Positions 1 through 13,577 of a stretch of DNA of 64,000 nt are shown in pieces. Source of the DNA: Balanoglossus misakiensis (taxonomy: Eukaryota > Animalia > Hemichordata); NCBI GenBank assembly GCA_040954595.2, contig CM082591.2:671882-735881 (forward strand), written 5' to 3'. The position numbers and the translations under genes are program-made. How positions within the stretch are numbered: the stretch's first letter is position 1; each line of letters starts with the position of its first letter. The notes under the pieces were generated by a model. The model ran no database searches. It saw only the letters and a program-made list of their open reading frames with translations, and had not been told where the DNA came from.

Positions 1-3000
1 CAAATTTTGAAATTCCGCAAAGTCGAAAAATTCTCATTTTGGGATGATTTTCATGAGCTATAACCCATGATTTTTCAAAAATCGGCCAAATTTTGAAATT
101 CCGCAAAGTCGAAAAATTCTCATTTTGGGATGATTTTCATGAGCTATAACCCATGATTTTTTAAAAAATCGGCCAAATTTTGAAATTCCGCAAAGTCGAA
201 AAATTCTCATTTTGGGATGATTTTCATGAGCTAAAACCCATGATTTTTTCAAAAATCGGCCAAATTTTGAAATTCCGCAAAGTCGAAAAATTCTCATTTT
301 GGGATGATTTTCATGAGCTAAAACCCATGATTTTTTCAAAAATCGGCCAAATTTTGAAATTCCGCAAAGTCGAAAAATTCTCATTTTGGGATGATTTTCA
401 TGAGCTATAACCCATGATTTTTTCAAAAATCGGCCAAATTTTGAAATTCCGCAAAGTCGAAAAATTCTCATTTTGGGATGATTTTCATGAGCTATAACCC
501 ATGATTTTTTCAAAAATCGGCCAAATTTTGAAATTCCGCAAAGTCGAAAAATTCTCATTTTGGGATGATTTTCATGAGCTATAACCCATGATTTTTTCAA
601 AAATCGGACAAATTTTGAAATTCCGCAAAGTCGAAAAATTCTCATTTTGGGATGATTTTCATGAGCTATAACCCATGATTTTTTCAAAAATCGGCCAAAT
701 TTTGAAATTCCGCAAAGTCGAAAAATTCTCATTTTGGGATGATTTTCATGAGCTATAACCCATGATTTTTTCAAAATCGGCCAAATTTTGAAATTCCGCA
801 AAGTCGAAAAATTCTCATTTTGGGATGATTTTCATGAGCTATAACCCATGATTTTTTCAAAAATCGGCCAAATTTTGAAATTCCGCAAAGTAGAAAAATT
901 CTCATTTTGGGATGATTTTCATGAGCTATAACCCATGATTTTTCAAAATCGGCCAAATTTTGAAATTCCGCAAAGTCGAAAAATTCTCATTTTGGGATGA
1001 TTTTCATGAGCTATAACCCATGATTTTTTCAAAAATCGGCCAAATTTTGAAATTCCGCAAAGTCGAAAAATTCTCATTTTGGGATGATTTTCATGAGCTA
1101 TAACCCATGATTTTTTTCAAAAATCGGCCAAATTTTGAAATTCCGCAAAGTCGAAAAATTCTCATTTTGGGATGATTTTCATGAGCTATAACCCATGATT
1201 TTTCAAAAATCGGCCAAATTTTGAAATTCCGCAAAGTCGAAAATTCTCATTTTGGGATGATTTTCAAGAGCTATAACCCATGATTTTTTCAAAAATCGGC
1301 CAAATTTTGAAATTCCGCAAAGTCGAAAATTCTCATTTTGGGATGATTTTCATGAGCTATAACCCATGATTTTTTCAAAAATCGGCCAAATTTTGAAATT
1401 CCGCAAAGTCGAAAAATTCTCATTTTGGGATGATTTTCATGAGCTATAACCCATGATTTTTTCAAAAATCGGCCAAATTTTGAAATTCCGCAAAGTCGAA
1501 AAATTCTCATTTTGGGATGATTTTCATGAGCTATAACCCATGATTTTTTCAAAAATCGGCCAAATTTTGAAATTCCGCAAAGTCGAAAAATTCTCATTTT
1601 GGGATGATTTTCATGAGCTATAACCCATGATTTTTTCAAAAATCGGCCAAATTTTGAAATTCCGCAAAGTCGAAAAATTCTCATTTTGGGATGATTTTCA
1701 TGAGCTATAACCCATGATTTTTTCAAAAATCGGCCAAATTTTGAAATTCCGCAAAGTCGAAAAATTCTCATTTTGGGATGATTTTCATGAGCTATAACCC
1801 ATGATTTTTTCAAAAATCGGCCAAATTTTGAAATTCCGCAAAGTCGAAAAATTCTCATTTTGGGATGATTTTCATGAGCTATAACCATGATTTTTTCAAA
1901 AATCGGCCAAATTTTGAAATTCCGCAAAGTCGAAAAATTCTCATTTTGGGATGATTTTCATGAGCTATAACCCATGATTTTTTCAAAAATCGGCCAAATT
2001 TTGAAATTCCGCAAAGTCGAAAAATTCTCATTTTGGGATGATTTTCATGAGCTATAACCCATGATTTTTTCAAAAATCGGCCAAATTTTGAAATTCCGCA
2101 AAGTCGAAAAATTCTCATTTTGGGATGATTTTCATGAGCTATAACCATGATTTTTCAAAAATCGGCCAAATTTTGAAATTCCGCAAAGTCGAAAAATTCT
2201 CATTTTGGGATGATTTTCATGAGCTATAACCCATGATTTTTTTCAAAAATCGGCCAAATTTTGAAATTCCGCAAAGTCGAAAAATTCTCATTTTGGGATG
2301 ATTTTCATGAGCTATAACCCATGATTTTTTCAAAAATCGGCCAAATTTTGAAATTCCGCAAAGTCGAAAAATTCTCATTTTGGGATGATTTTCATGAGCT
2401 ATAACCCATGATTTTTTCAAAAATCGGCCAAATTTTGAAATTCCGCAAAGTCGAAAAATTCTCATTTTGGGATGATTTTCATGAGCTATAACCCATGATT
2501 TTTTCAAAAATCGGCAAATTTTGAAATTCCGCAAAGTCGAAAAATTCTCATTTTGGGATGATTTTCATGAGCTATAACCCATGATTTTTCAAAAATCGGC
2601 CAAATTTTGAAATTCCGCAAAGTCGAAAAATTCTCATTTTGGGATGATTTTCATGAGCTATAACCCATGATTTTTTCAAAAATCGGCCAAATTTTGAAAT
2701 TCCGCAAAGTCGAAAAATTCTCATTTTGGGATGATTTTCATGAGCTATAACCCATGATTTTTTCAAAAATCGGCCAAATTTTGAAATTCCGCAAAGTCGA
2801 AAAATTCTCATTTTGGGATGATTTTCATGAGCTATAACCCATGATTTTTTCAAAAATCGGCCAAATTTTGAAATTCCGCAAAGTCGAAAAATTCTCATTT
2901 TGGGATGATTTTCATGAGCTATAACCCATGATTTTTTCAAAAATCGGCCAAATTTTGAAATTCCGCAAAGTCGAAAAATTCTCATTTTGGGATGATTTTC

Positions 3001-6000
3001 ATGAGCTATAACCCATGATTTTTTTCAAAAATCGGCCAAATTTTGAAATTCCGCAAAGTCGAAAAATTCTCATTTTGGGATGATTTTCATGAGCTATAAC
3101 CCATGATTTTTTCAAAAATCGGCCAAATTTTGAAATTCCGCAAAGTCGAAAAATTCTCATTTTGGGATGATTTTCATGAGCTATAACCCATGATTTTTTC
3201 AAAAATCGGCCAAATTTTGAAATTCCGCAAAGTCGAAAAATTCTCATTTTGGGATGATTTTCATGAGCTATAACCCATGATTTTTTTCAAAAATCGGCCA
3301 AATTTTGAAATTCCGCAAAGTCGAAAAATTCTCATTTTGGGATGATTTTCATGAGCTATAACCCATGATTTTTTTCAAAAATCGGCCAAATTTTGAAATT
3401 CCGCAAAGTCGAAAAATTCTCATTTTGGGATGATTTTCATGAGCTATAACCCATGATTTTTTCAAAAATCGGCCAAATTTTGAAATTCCGCAAAGTCGAA
3501 AAATTCTCATTTTGGGATGATTTTCATGAGCTATAACCCATGATTTTTTCAAAAATCGGCCAAATTTTGAAATTCCGCAAAGTCGAAAAATTCTCATTTT
3601 GGGATGATTTTCATGAGCTATAACCCATGATTTTTTCAAAAATCGGCCAAATTTTGGAAATTCCGTGTAAAGTCGAAAAATTCTCATTTTGGGATGATTT
3701 TCATGAGCTATAACCCATTATTTTTTTCAAAAATCGGCCAAATTTTGAAATTCCGCAAAGTCGGAAAATTCTCATTTTGGGATGATTTTCATGAGCTATA
3801 ACCCATGATTTTTTCAAAAATCGGCCAAATTTTGAAATTCCGCAAAGTCGAAAATCTCATTTTGGGATGATTTTCATGAGCTATAACCCATGATTTTTCA
3901 AAAATCGGCCAAATTTTGAAATTCCGCAAAGTCGAAAAATTCTCATTTTGGGATGATTTTCATGAGCTATAACCCATGATTTTTTCAAAAATCGGCCAAA
4001 TTTTGAAATTCCGCAAAGTCGAAAATTCTCATTTTGGGATGATTTTCATGAGCTATAACCCATGATTTTTTCAAAATCGGCCAAATTTTGAAATTCCGCA
4101 AAGTCGAAAAATTCTCATTTTGGGATGATTTTCATGAGCTATAACCCATGATTTTTTCAAAATCGGCCCAAATTTTGAAATTCCGCAAAGTCGAAAAATT
4201 CTCATTTTGGGATGATTTTCATGAGCTATAACCCATGATTTTTTCAAAAATCGGCCAAATTTTGAAATTCCGCAAAGTCGAAAAATTCTCATTTTGGGAT
4301 GATTTTCATGAGCTATAACCCATGATTTTTTCAAAAATCGGCCAAATTTTGAAATTCCGCAAAGTCGAAAAATTCTCATTTTGGGATGATTTTCATGAGC
4401 TATAACCCATGATTTTTTCAAAAATCGGCCAAATTTTGAAATTCCCGCAAAGTCGAAAAATTCTCATTTTGGGATGATTTTTCATGAGCTATAACCCATG
4501 ATTTTTTCAAAAATCGGCCAAATTTTGAAATTCCGCAAAGTCGAAAAATTCTCATTTTGGGATGATTTTCATGAGCTATAACCCATGATTTTTTCAAAAA
4601 TCGGCCAAATTTTGAAATTCCGCAAAGTCGAAAAATTCTCATTTTGGGATGATTTTCATGAGCTATAACCCATGATTTTTTCAAAAATCGGCCAAATTTT
4701 GAAATTCCGCAAAGTCGAAAAATTCTCATTTTGGGATGATTTTCATGAGCTATAACCCATGATTTTTTCAAAAATCGGCCAAATTTTGAAATTCCGCAAA
4801 GTCGAAAAATTCTCATTTTGGGATGATTTTCATGAGCTATAACCATGATTTTTTCAAAAATCGGCCAAATTTTGAAATTCCGCAAAGTCGAAAAATTCTC
4901 ATTTTGGGATGATTTTCATGAGCTATAACCCATGATTTTTTCAAAAATCGGCCAAATTTTGAAATTCCGCAAAGTCGAAAAATTCTCATTTTGGGATGAT
5001 TTTCATGAGCTATAACCCATGATTTTTTCAAAAATCGGCCAAATTTTGAAATTCCGCAAAGTCGAAAAATTCTCATTTTGGGATGATTTTCATGAGCTAT
5101 AACCCATGATTTTTTCAAAAATCGGCCAAATTTTGAAATTCCGCAAAGTCGAAAAATTCTCATTTTGGGATGATTTTCATGAGCTATAACCCATGATTTT
5201 TTCAAAAATCGGCCAAATTTTGAAATTCCGCAAAGTCGAAAAATTCTCATTTTGGGATGATTTTCATGAGCTATAACCCATGATTTTTTCAAAAATCGGC
5301 CAAATTTTGAAATTCCGCAAAGTCGAAAAATTCTCATTTTGGGATGATTTTCATGAGCTATAACCCATGATTTTTTCAAAAATCGGCCAAATTTTGAAAT
5401 TCCGCAAAGTCGAAAAATTCTCATTTTGGGATGATTTTCATGAGCTATAACCCATGATTTATTCAAAAATCGGCCAAATTTTGAAATTCCGCAAAGTCGA
5501 AAAATTCTCATTTTGGGGATGATTTTCATGAGCTATAACCCATGATTTATTCAAAAATCGGCCAAATTTTGAAATTCCGCAAAGTCGAAAAATTCTCATT
5601 TTGGGATGATTTTCATGAGCTATAACCCATGATTTTTTCAAAAATCGGCCAAATTTTGAAATTCCGCAAAGTCGAAAAATTCTCATTTTGGGATGATTTT
5701 CATGAGCTATAACCCATGATTTTTTCAAAAATCGGCCAAATTTTGAAATTCCGCAAAGTCGAAAAATTCTCATTTTGGGATGATTTTCATGAGCTATAAT
5801 CCATGATTTTTTCAAAAATCGGCCAAATTTTGAAATTCCGCAAAGTCGAAAAATTCTCATTTTGGGATGATTTTCATGAGCTATAACCCATGATTTTTTC
5901 AAAAATCGGCCAAATTTTGAAATTCCGCAAAGTCGAAAAATTCTCATTTTGGGATGATTTTCATGAGCTATAACCCATGATTTTTTCAAAAATCGGCCAA

Positions 6001-9000
6001 ATTTTGAAATTCCGCAAAGTCGGAAAATTCTCATTTTGGGATGATTTTCATGAGCTATAACCCATGATTTTTTCAAAAATCGGCCAAATTTTGAAATTCC
6101 GCAAAGTCGAAAAATTCTCATTTTGGGATGATTTTCATGAGCTATAACCCATGATTTTTTTCAAAAATCGGCCAAATTTTGAAATTCCGCAAAGTCGGAA
6201 AATTCTCATTTTGGGATGATTTTCATGAGCTATAACCCATGATTTTTTCAAAAATCGGCCAAATTTTGAAATTCCGCAAAGTCGAAAAATTCTCATTTTG
6301 GGATGATTTTCATGAGCTATAACCCATGATTTTTTCAAAAATCGGCCAAATTTTGAAATTCCGCAAAGTCGAAAAATTCTCATTTTGGGATGATTTTCAT
6401 GAGCTATAACCCATGATTTTTTCAAAAATCGGCCAAATTTTGAAATTCCGCAAAGTCGAAAAATTCTCATTTTGGGATGATTTTCATGAGCTATAACCCA
6501 TGATTTTTTCAAAAATCGGCCAAATTTTGAAATTCCGCAAAGTCGAAAAATTCTCATTTTGGGATGATTTTCATGAGCTATAACCCATGATTTTTTCAAA
6601 AATCGGCCAAATTTTGAAATTCCGCAAAGTCGAAAAATTCTCATTTTGGGATGATTTTCATGAGCTATAACCCATGATTTTTTCAAAAATCGGCCAAATT
6701 TTGAAATTCCGCAAAGTCGAAAAATTCTCATTTTGGGATGATTTTCATGAGCTATAACCCATGATTTTTTCAAAAATCGGCCAAATTTTGAAATTCCGCA
6801 AAGTCGAAGAATTCTCATTTCGGGATGATTTTCATGAGCTATAACCCATGATTTTTCAAAAATCGGCCAAATTTTGAAATTCCGCAAAGTCGAAAAATTC
6901 TCATTTTGGGATGATTTTCATGAGCTATAACCCATGATTTTTTCAAAAATCGGCCAAATTTTGAAATTCCGCAAAGTCGGAAAATTCTCATTTTGGGATG
7001 ATTTTCATGAGCTATAACCCATGATTTTTTCAAAAATCGGCCAAATTTTGAAATTCCGCTAAGTCGGAAAAATTCTCATTTTGGGATGATTTTCATGAGC
7101 TATAACCCATGATTTTTTCAAAAATCGGCCAAATTTTGAAATTCCGCAAAGTCGAAAAATTCTCATTTGGGATGATTTTCATGAGCTATAACCCATGATT
7201 TTTTCAAAAATCGGCCAAATTTTGAAATTCCGCAAAGTCGAAAAATTTTCATTTTGGGATGATTTTCATGAGCTATAACCCATGATTTTTTCAAAAATCG
7301 GCCAAATTTTGAAATTCCGCAAAGTCGAAAAATTCTCTTTTTGGGATGATTTTCATGAGCTATAACCCATGATTTTTTCAAAAATCGGCCAAATTTTGAA
7401 ATTCCGCAAAGTCGAAAAATTCTTATTTCGGGATGATTTTCATGAGCTATAACCCATGATTTTTTCAAAAATCGGCCAAATTTTGAAATTCCGCAAAGTC
7501 GAAAAATTCTCATTTTGGGATGATTTTCATGAGCTATAACCCATGATTTTTTCAAAAATCGGCCAAATTTTGAAATTCCGCAAAGTCGAAAAATTCTCAT
7601 TTTGGGATGATTTTCATGAGCTATAACCCATGATTTTTTCAAAAATCGGCCAAATTTTGAAATTCCGCAAAGTCGAAAAATTCTCATTTCGGGATGATTT
7701 TCATGAGCTATAACCCATGATTTTTTCAAAAATCGGCCAAATTTTGAAATTCCGCAAAGTCGAAAAAATTCTCATTTCGGGATGATTTTCATGAGCTATA
7801 ACCCATGATTTTTTCAAAAATCGGCCAAATTTTGAAATTCCGCAAAGTCGAAAAATTCTCATTTTGGGATGATTTTCATGAGCTATAACCCATGATTTTT
7901 TCAAAAATCGGCCAAATTTTGAAATTCCGCAAAGTCGAAAAATTCTCATTTTGGGATGATTTTCATGAGCTATAACCCATGATTTATTCAAAAATCGGCC
8001 AAATTTTGAATTCCGCAAAGTCGAAAAATTCTCATTTTGGGATGATTTTCATGAGCTATAACCCATGATTTTTTCAAAAATCGGCCAAATTTTGAAATTC
8101 CGCAAAGTCGAAAAATTCTCATTTTGGGATGATTTTCATGAGCTATAACCCATGATTTTTTCAAAAATCGGCCAAATTTTGAAATTCCGCAAAGTCGAAA
8201 AATTCTCATTTTGGGGATGATTTTCATGAGCTATAACCCATGATTTTTTTCAAAAATCGGCCAAATTTTGAAATTCCGCAAAGTCGAAAAATTCTCATTT
8301 TGGGATGATTTTCATGAGCTATAACCCATGATTTTTTCAAAAATCGGCCAAATTTTGAAATTCCGCAAAGTCGAAAAATTCTCATTTTGGGATGATTTTC
8401 ATGAGCTATAACCCATGATTTTTTCAAAAATCGGCCAAATTTTGAAATTCCGCAAAGTCGAAAAATTCTCATTTTGGGATGATTTTCATGAGCTATAACC
8501 CATGATTTTTTCAAAAATCGGCCAAATTTTGAAATTCCGCAAAGTCGAAAAATTCTCATTTTGGGATGATTTTCATGAGCTATAACCCATGATTTTTTCA
8601 AAAATCGGCCAAATTTTGAAATTCCGCAAAGTCGAAAAATTCTCATTTTGGGATGATTTTCATGAGCTATAACCCATGATTTTTTCAAAAATCGGCCAAA
8701 TTTTGAAATTCCGCAAAGTCGAAAAATTCTCATTTTGGGATGATTTTCATGAGCTATAACCCATGATTTTTTCAAAAATCGGCCAAATTTTGAAATTCCG
8801 CAAAGTCGAAAAATTCTCATTTTGGGATGATTTTCATGAGCTATAACCCATGATTTTTTCAAAAATCGGCCAAATTTTGAAATTCCGCAAAGTCGAAAAA
8901 TTCTCATTTTGGGATGATTTTCATGAGCTATAACCCATGATTTTTTCAAAAATCGGCCAAATTTTGAAATTCCGCAAAGTCGAAAAATTCTCATTTTGGG

Positions 9001-12000
9001 ATGATTTTCATGAGCTATAACCCATGATTTATTCAAAAATCGGCCAAATTTTGAAATTCCGCAAAGTCGAAAAATTCTCATTTTGGGATGATTTTCATGA
9101 GCTATAACCCATGATTTATTCAAAAATCGGCCAAATTTTGAAATTCCGCAAAGTCGAAAAATTCTCATTTTGGGATGATTTTCATGAGCTATAACCCATG
9201 ATTTTTTCAAAAATCGGCCAAATTTTGAAATTCCGCAAAGTCGAAAAATTCTCATTTTGGGATGATTTTCATGAGCTATAACCCATGATTTTTTCAAAAA
9301 TCGGCCAAATTTTGAAATTCCGCAAAGTCGAAAAATTCTCATTTTGGGATGATTTTCATGAGCTATAACCCATGATTTTTTCAAAAATCGGCCAAATTTT
9401 GAAATTCCGCAAAGTCGGAAAAATTCTCATTTTGGGATGATTTTCATGAGCTATAACCCATGATTTTTTCAAAAATCGGCCAAATTTTGAAATTCCGCTA
9501 AGTCGGAAAATTCTCATTTTGGGATGATTTTCATGAGCTATAACCCATGATTTTTTCAAAAATCGGCCAAATTTTGAAATTCCGCAAAGTCGAAAAATTC
9601 TCATTTTGGGATGATTTTCATGAGCTATAACCCATGATTTTTTCAAAAATCGGCCAAATTTTGAAATTCCGCAAAGTCGAAAAATTTTCATTTTGGGATG
9701 ATTTTCATGAGCTATAACCCATGATTTTTTCAAAAATCGGCCAAATTTTGAAATTCCGCAAAGTCGAAAAATTCTCTTTTTGGGATGATTTTCATGAGCT
9801 ATAACCCATGATTTTTTCAAAAATCGGCCAAATTTTGAAATTCCGCAAAGTCGAAAAATTCTCATTTCGGGATGATTTTCATGAGCTATAACCCATGATT
9901 TTTTCAAAAATCGGCCAAATTTTGAAATTCCGCAAAGTCGAAAAATTCTCATTTTGGGATGATTTTCATGAGCTATAACCCATGATTTTTTCAAAAATCG
10001 GCCAAATTTTGAAATTCCGCAAAGTCGAAAAATTCTCATTTTGGGATGATTTTCATGAGCTATAACCCATGATTTTTTCAAAAATCGGCCAAATTTTGAA
10101 ATTCCGCAAAGTCGAAAAATTCTCATTTCGGGATGATTTTCATGAGCTATAACCCATGATTTTTTCAAAAATCGGCCAAATTTTGAAATTCCGCAAAGTC
10201 GAAAAATTCTCATTTCGGGATGATTTTCATGAGCTATAACCCATGATTTTTTCAAAAATCGGCCAAATTTTGAAATTCCGCAAAGTCGAAAAATTCTCAT
10301 TTTGGGATGATTTTCATGAGCTATAACCCATGATTTTTTCAAAAATCGGCCAAATTTTGAAATTCCGCAAAGTCGAAAAATTCTCATTTTGGGATGATTT
10401 TCATGAGCTATAACCCATGATTTTTTCAAAAATCGGCCAAATTTTGAAATTCCGCAAAGTCGAAAAATTCTCATTTTGGGATGATTTTCATGAGCTATAA
10501 CCCATGATTTTTTCAAAAATCGGCCAAATTTTGAAATTCCGCAAAGTCGAAAAATTCTCATTTTGGGATGATTTTCATGAGCTATAACCCATGATTTTTT
10601 CAAAAATCGGCCAAATTTTGAAATTCCGCAAAGTCGAAAAATTCTCATTTCGGGATGATTTTCATGAGCTATAACCCATGATTTTTTTTAAAAAATCGGC
10701 CAAATTTTGAAATTCCGCAAAGTCGGAAAATTCTCATTTTGGGATGATTTTCATGAGCTATAACCCATGATTTTTTCAAAAATCGGCCAAATTTTGAAAT
10801 TCCGCAAAGTCGAAAAATTCTCATTTTGGGATGATTTTCATGAGTTATAACCCATGATTTTTTCAAAAATCGGCCAAATTTTGAAATTCCGCAAAGTCGG
10901 AAAATTCTCATTTTGGGATGATTTTCATGAGCTATAACCCATGATTTTTTCAAAAATCGGCCAAATTTTGAAATTCCGCTAAGTCGGAAAAATCTCATTT
11001 TGGGATGATTTTCATGAGCTATAACCCATGATTTTTTCAAAAATCGGCCAAATTTTGAAATTCCGCAAAGTCGAAAAATTTTCATTTTGGGATGATTTTC
11101 ATGAGCTATAACCCATGATTTTTTCAAAAATCGGCCAAATTTTGAAATTCCGAAAAGTCGGAAAATTCTCATTTTGGGATGATTTTCATGAGCTATAACC
11201 CATGATTTTTTCAAAAATCGGCCAAATTTTGAAATTCCGCAAAGTCGAAAAATTTTCATTTTGGGATGATTTTCATGAGCTATAACCCATGATTTTTTCA
11301 AAAATCGGCCAAATTTTGAAATTCCGCAAAGTCGGAAAATTCTCATTTTGGGATGATTTTCATGAGCTATAACCCATGATTTTTTCAAAAATCGGCCAAA
11401 TTTTGAAATTCCGCAAAGTCGAAAAATTCTCATTTCGGGATGATTTTCATGAGCTATAACCCATGATTTTTTCATTTTGGGATGATTTTCATGAGCTATA
11501 ACCCATGATTTTTTCAAAAATCGGCCAAATTTTGAAATTCCGCAAAGTCGGAAAATTCTCATTTTGGGATGATTTTCATGAGCTATAACCCATGATTTTT
11601 TCAAAAATCGGCCAAATTTTGAAATTCCGCTAAGTCGGAAAATTCTCATTTTGGGATGATTTTCATGAGCTATAACCCATGATTTTTTCAAAAATCGGCC
11701 AAATTTTGAAATTCCGCAAAGTCGAAAAATTCTCATTTTGGGATGATTTTCATGAGCTATAACCCATGATTTTTTCAAAAATCGGCCAAATTTTGAAATT
11801 CCGCAAAGTCGGAAAATTCTCTTTTTGGGATGATTTTCATGAGCTATAACCCATGATTTTTTCAAAAATCGGCCAAATTTTGAAATTCCGCAAAGTCGAA
11901 AAATTCTCATTTTGGGATGATTTTCATGAGCTATAACCCATGATTTTTTCAAAAATCGGCCAAATTTTGAAATTCCGCAAAGTCGGAAAATTCTCATTTT

Positions 12001-12120
12001 GGGATGATTTTCATGAGCTATAACCCATGATTTTTTCAAAAATCGGCCAAATTTTGAAATTCCGCAAAGTCGAAAAATTCTCATTTTGGGATGATTTTCA
12101 TGAGCTATAACCCATGTTTT
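1..12120. repeat. 87-bp tandem satellite array, ~139 near-identical monomers (runs off the left edge of the window)
   Basis: Consensus CAAATTTTGAAATTCCGCAAAGTCGAAAAATTCTCATTTTGGGATGATTTTCATGAGCTATAACCCATGATTTTTTCAAAAATCGGC repeated head-to-tail; the 29-aa period of the ORF track (29x3=87) confirms the unit length. Confidence 0.99.
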
Positions 12121-12322
12121 TTTCAAAAAAATGAAGAAATTTTGATATTTCGCAAAGTCGAAAAATTGTCATTTTTGGATGATTTTCATGAGCTATAACC
12201 CATGGTTTTTTTCAAAAAAATAAAGAAATTTTGATATTTCGCAAAGTCGAAAAATTGTCATTTTTGGATGATTTTCATGAGCTATAACCCATGGGTTTTT
12301 CAAAAAAATGAAGAAATTTCGA
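12121..12322. repeat. Divergent terminal satellite monomers (~2.3 copies of a distinct subtype)
   Basis: Units carry shared changes (AAATGAAGAAATTTTGATATTTCGC, TTGTCATTTTTGGATG) relative to the main consensus, then fade into unique sequence. Confidence 0.9.
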
Positions 12323-13351
12323 GAATGAAAAATGTCAAAAACCGGCCAAAACACCAAATTTCAAAACAAATTTCGACAACCGATTCCATAGTCTACATAT
12401 AGTGTATCGTCAATAGAGCCAAAAACTACAAGACAAGATCATTGAAAATCCGAGTTTTATATGTACATAGTTTTTGTATGATTAGGAATATTTTTTTATA
12501 CAACTACATGTATGTTCAAACTCTGATATACAAATACAGCAGTAGGTCAAATCAGTGATAAAGAAGGATTAAATGATAGAAAAATCTAGTGTCTTTGATG
12601 TATAGAAAAAATGTGACATCTGAACCCATGAGTACAATAACTTTCGTTGAAACAATTCAAAATACAGATGTTGTACAAAGGACACTGGAATTTCACAGAG
12701 CTCAAATATTCAGGAATTTTAAGTTGTCAAAAAATTGAAAAGGTTATCTTCAACTGTTTCTATCTTGTTTCGTTTAAAATTATTTCAGTTCGTGATATTT
12801 TATAAATTTACAATTGATTCATCACATCGTCCTGCTAAAAAAGTACTGATAATTTTCTGTGCACATCTGATGTTTTAAACGAAAAAAAGCTTAGCTTGTA
12901 ATAAAATATTATCTTCTCAGATAAACATTAGAATTTGAAGATAAAAATTCAGATCCGATAAAAAGTCTATGCATTACTCGATCATTGTATCGTAGACGAA
13001 TTCATTTGATAATGCGGCACTTTTGTTGCTTGCACAGCGCCACCACGAGGGACACGGGATATGCTTTCTTTCCCGCAACACGTTAGGTGATGACGTCACT
13101 CTGAGCCGCATTCTGTGATTTAGCTGCCATTTTGGTAAAAACATTCACAAAGTTAAATTCCAGTTTAAGAAAGAGCTGCCTCAATATATTGAGAGTAAGC
13201 TTACTATTGAGATGCATGATCCCTATTGATACAAAATACGCCAAGTGTTTAACAAACTAAAATAAGTTTGGGATTTGGGGCACAAAAGTTATATTGACAA
13301 TTCTCGGTTACAAATTCGTTTGACTGAAAGATCGAACCAAGTAGTCGTAAA

Positions 13352-13357
13352 TTTATT
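13352..13357 (-). terminator. Putative polyadenylation signal (AATAAA) of the Spi-like gene
   Basis: TTTATT on + strand about 220 nt past the stop codon at 13578. Confidence 0.45.
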
Positions 13358-13577
13358 GAATTTAAACTTTGGGATTGGAAACTGTGGCCAATGTCTAAGC
13401 AGTCTGCAAATGCTTGAAAAGAAATCAACAGGTACTTTCTGAAAGCCTATCGAAAATAACACTGAAGTCAACTGCACATCATCACTTTCGGTGTCACGTG
13501 GGTTACCTGCTTAAGGTGAGAGAGCAACATTGTCTCGAAAGTCTGCAAAATATTTACATCTAGGGTGAGTTATATAT

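Noticed and set aside
58-12126. Long ORFs (up to 485 aa) of repeated KKSWVIAHENHPKMRIFRLCGISKFGRFL
   Set aside because: By-product of an 87-bp (3n) monomer with one stop-free frame; frequent frameshifts, mostly non-synonymous variant types and no evident promoter or splice context.
1-12322. CRISPR-like array
   Set aside because: No variable spacers, no cas genes and a eukaryotic context; it is a pure tandem repeat.
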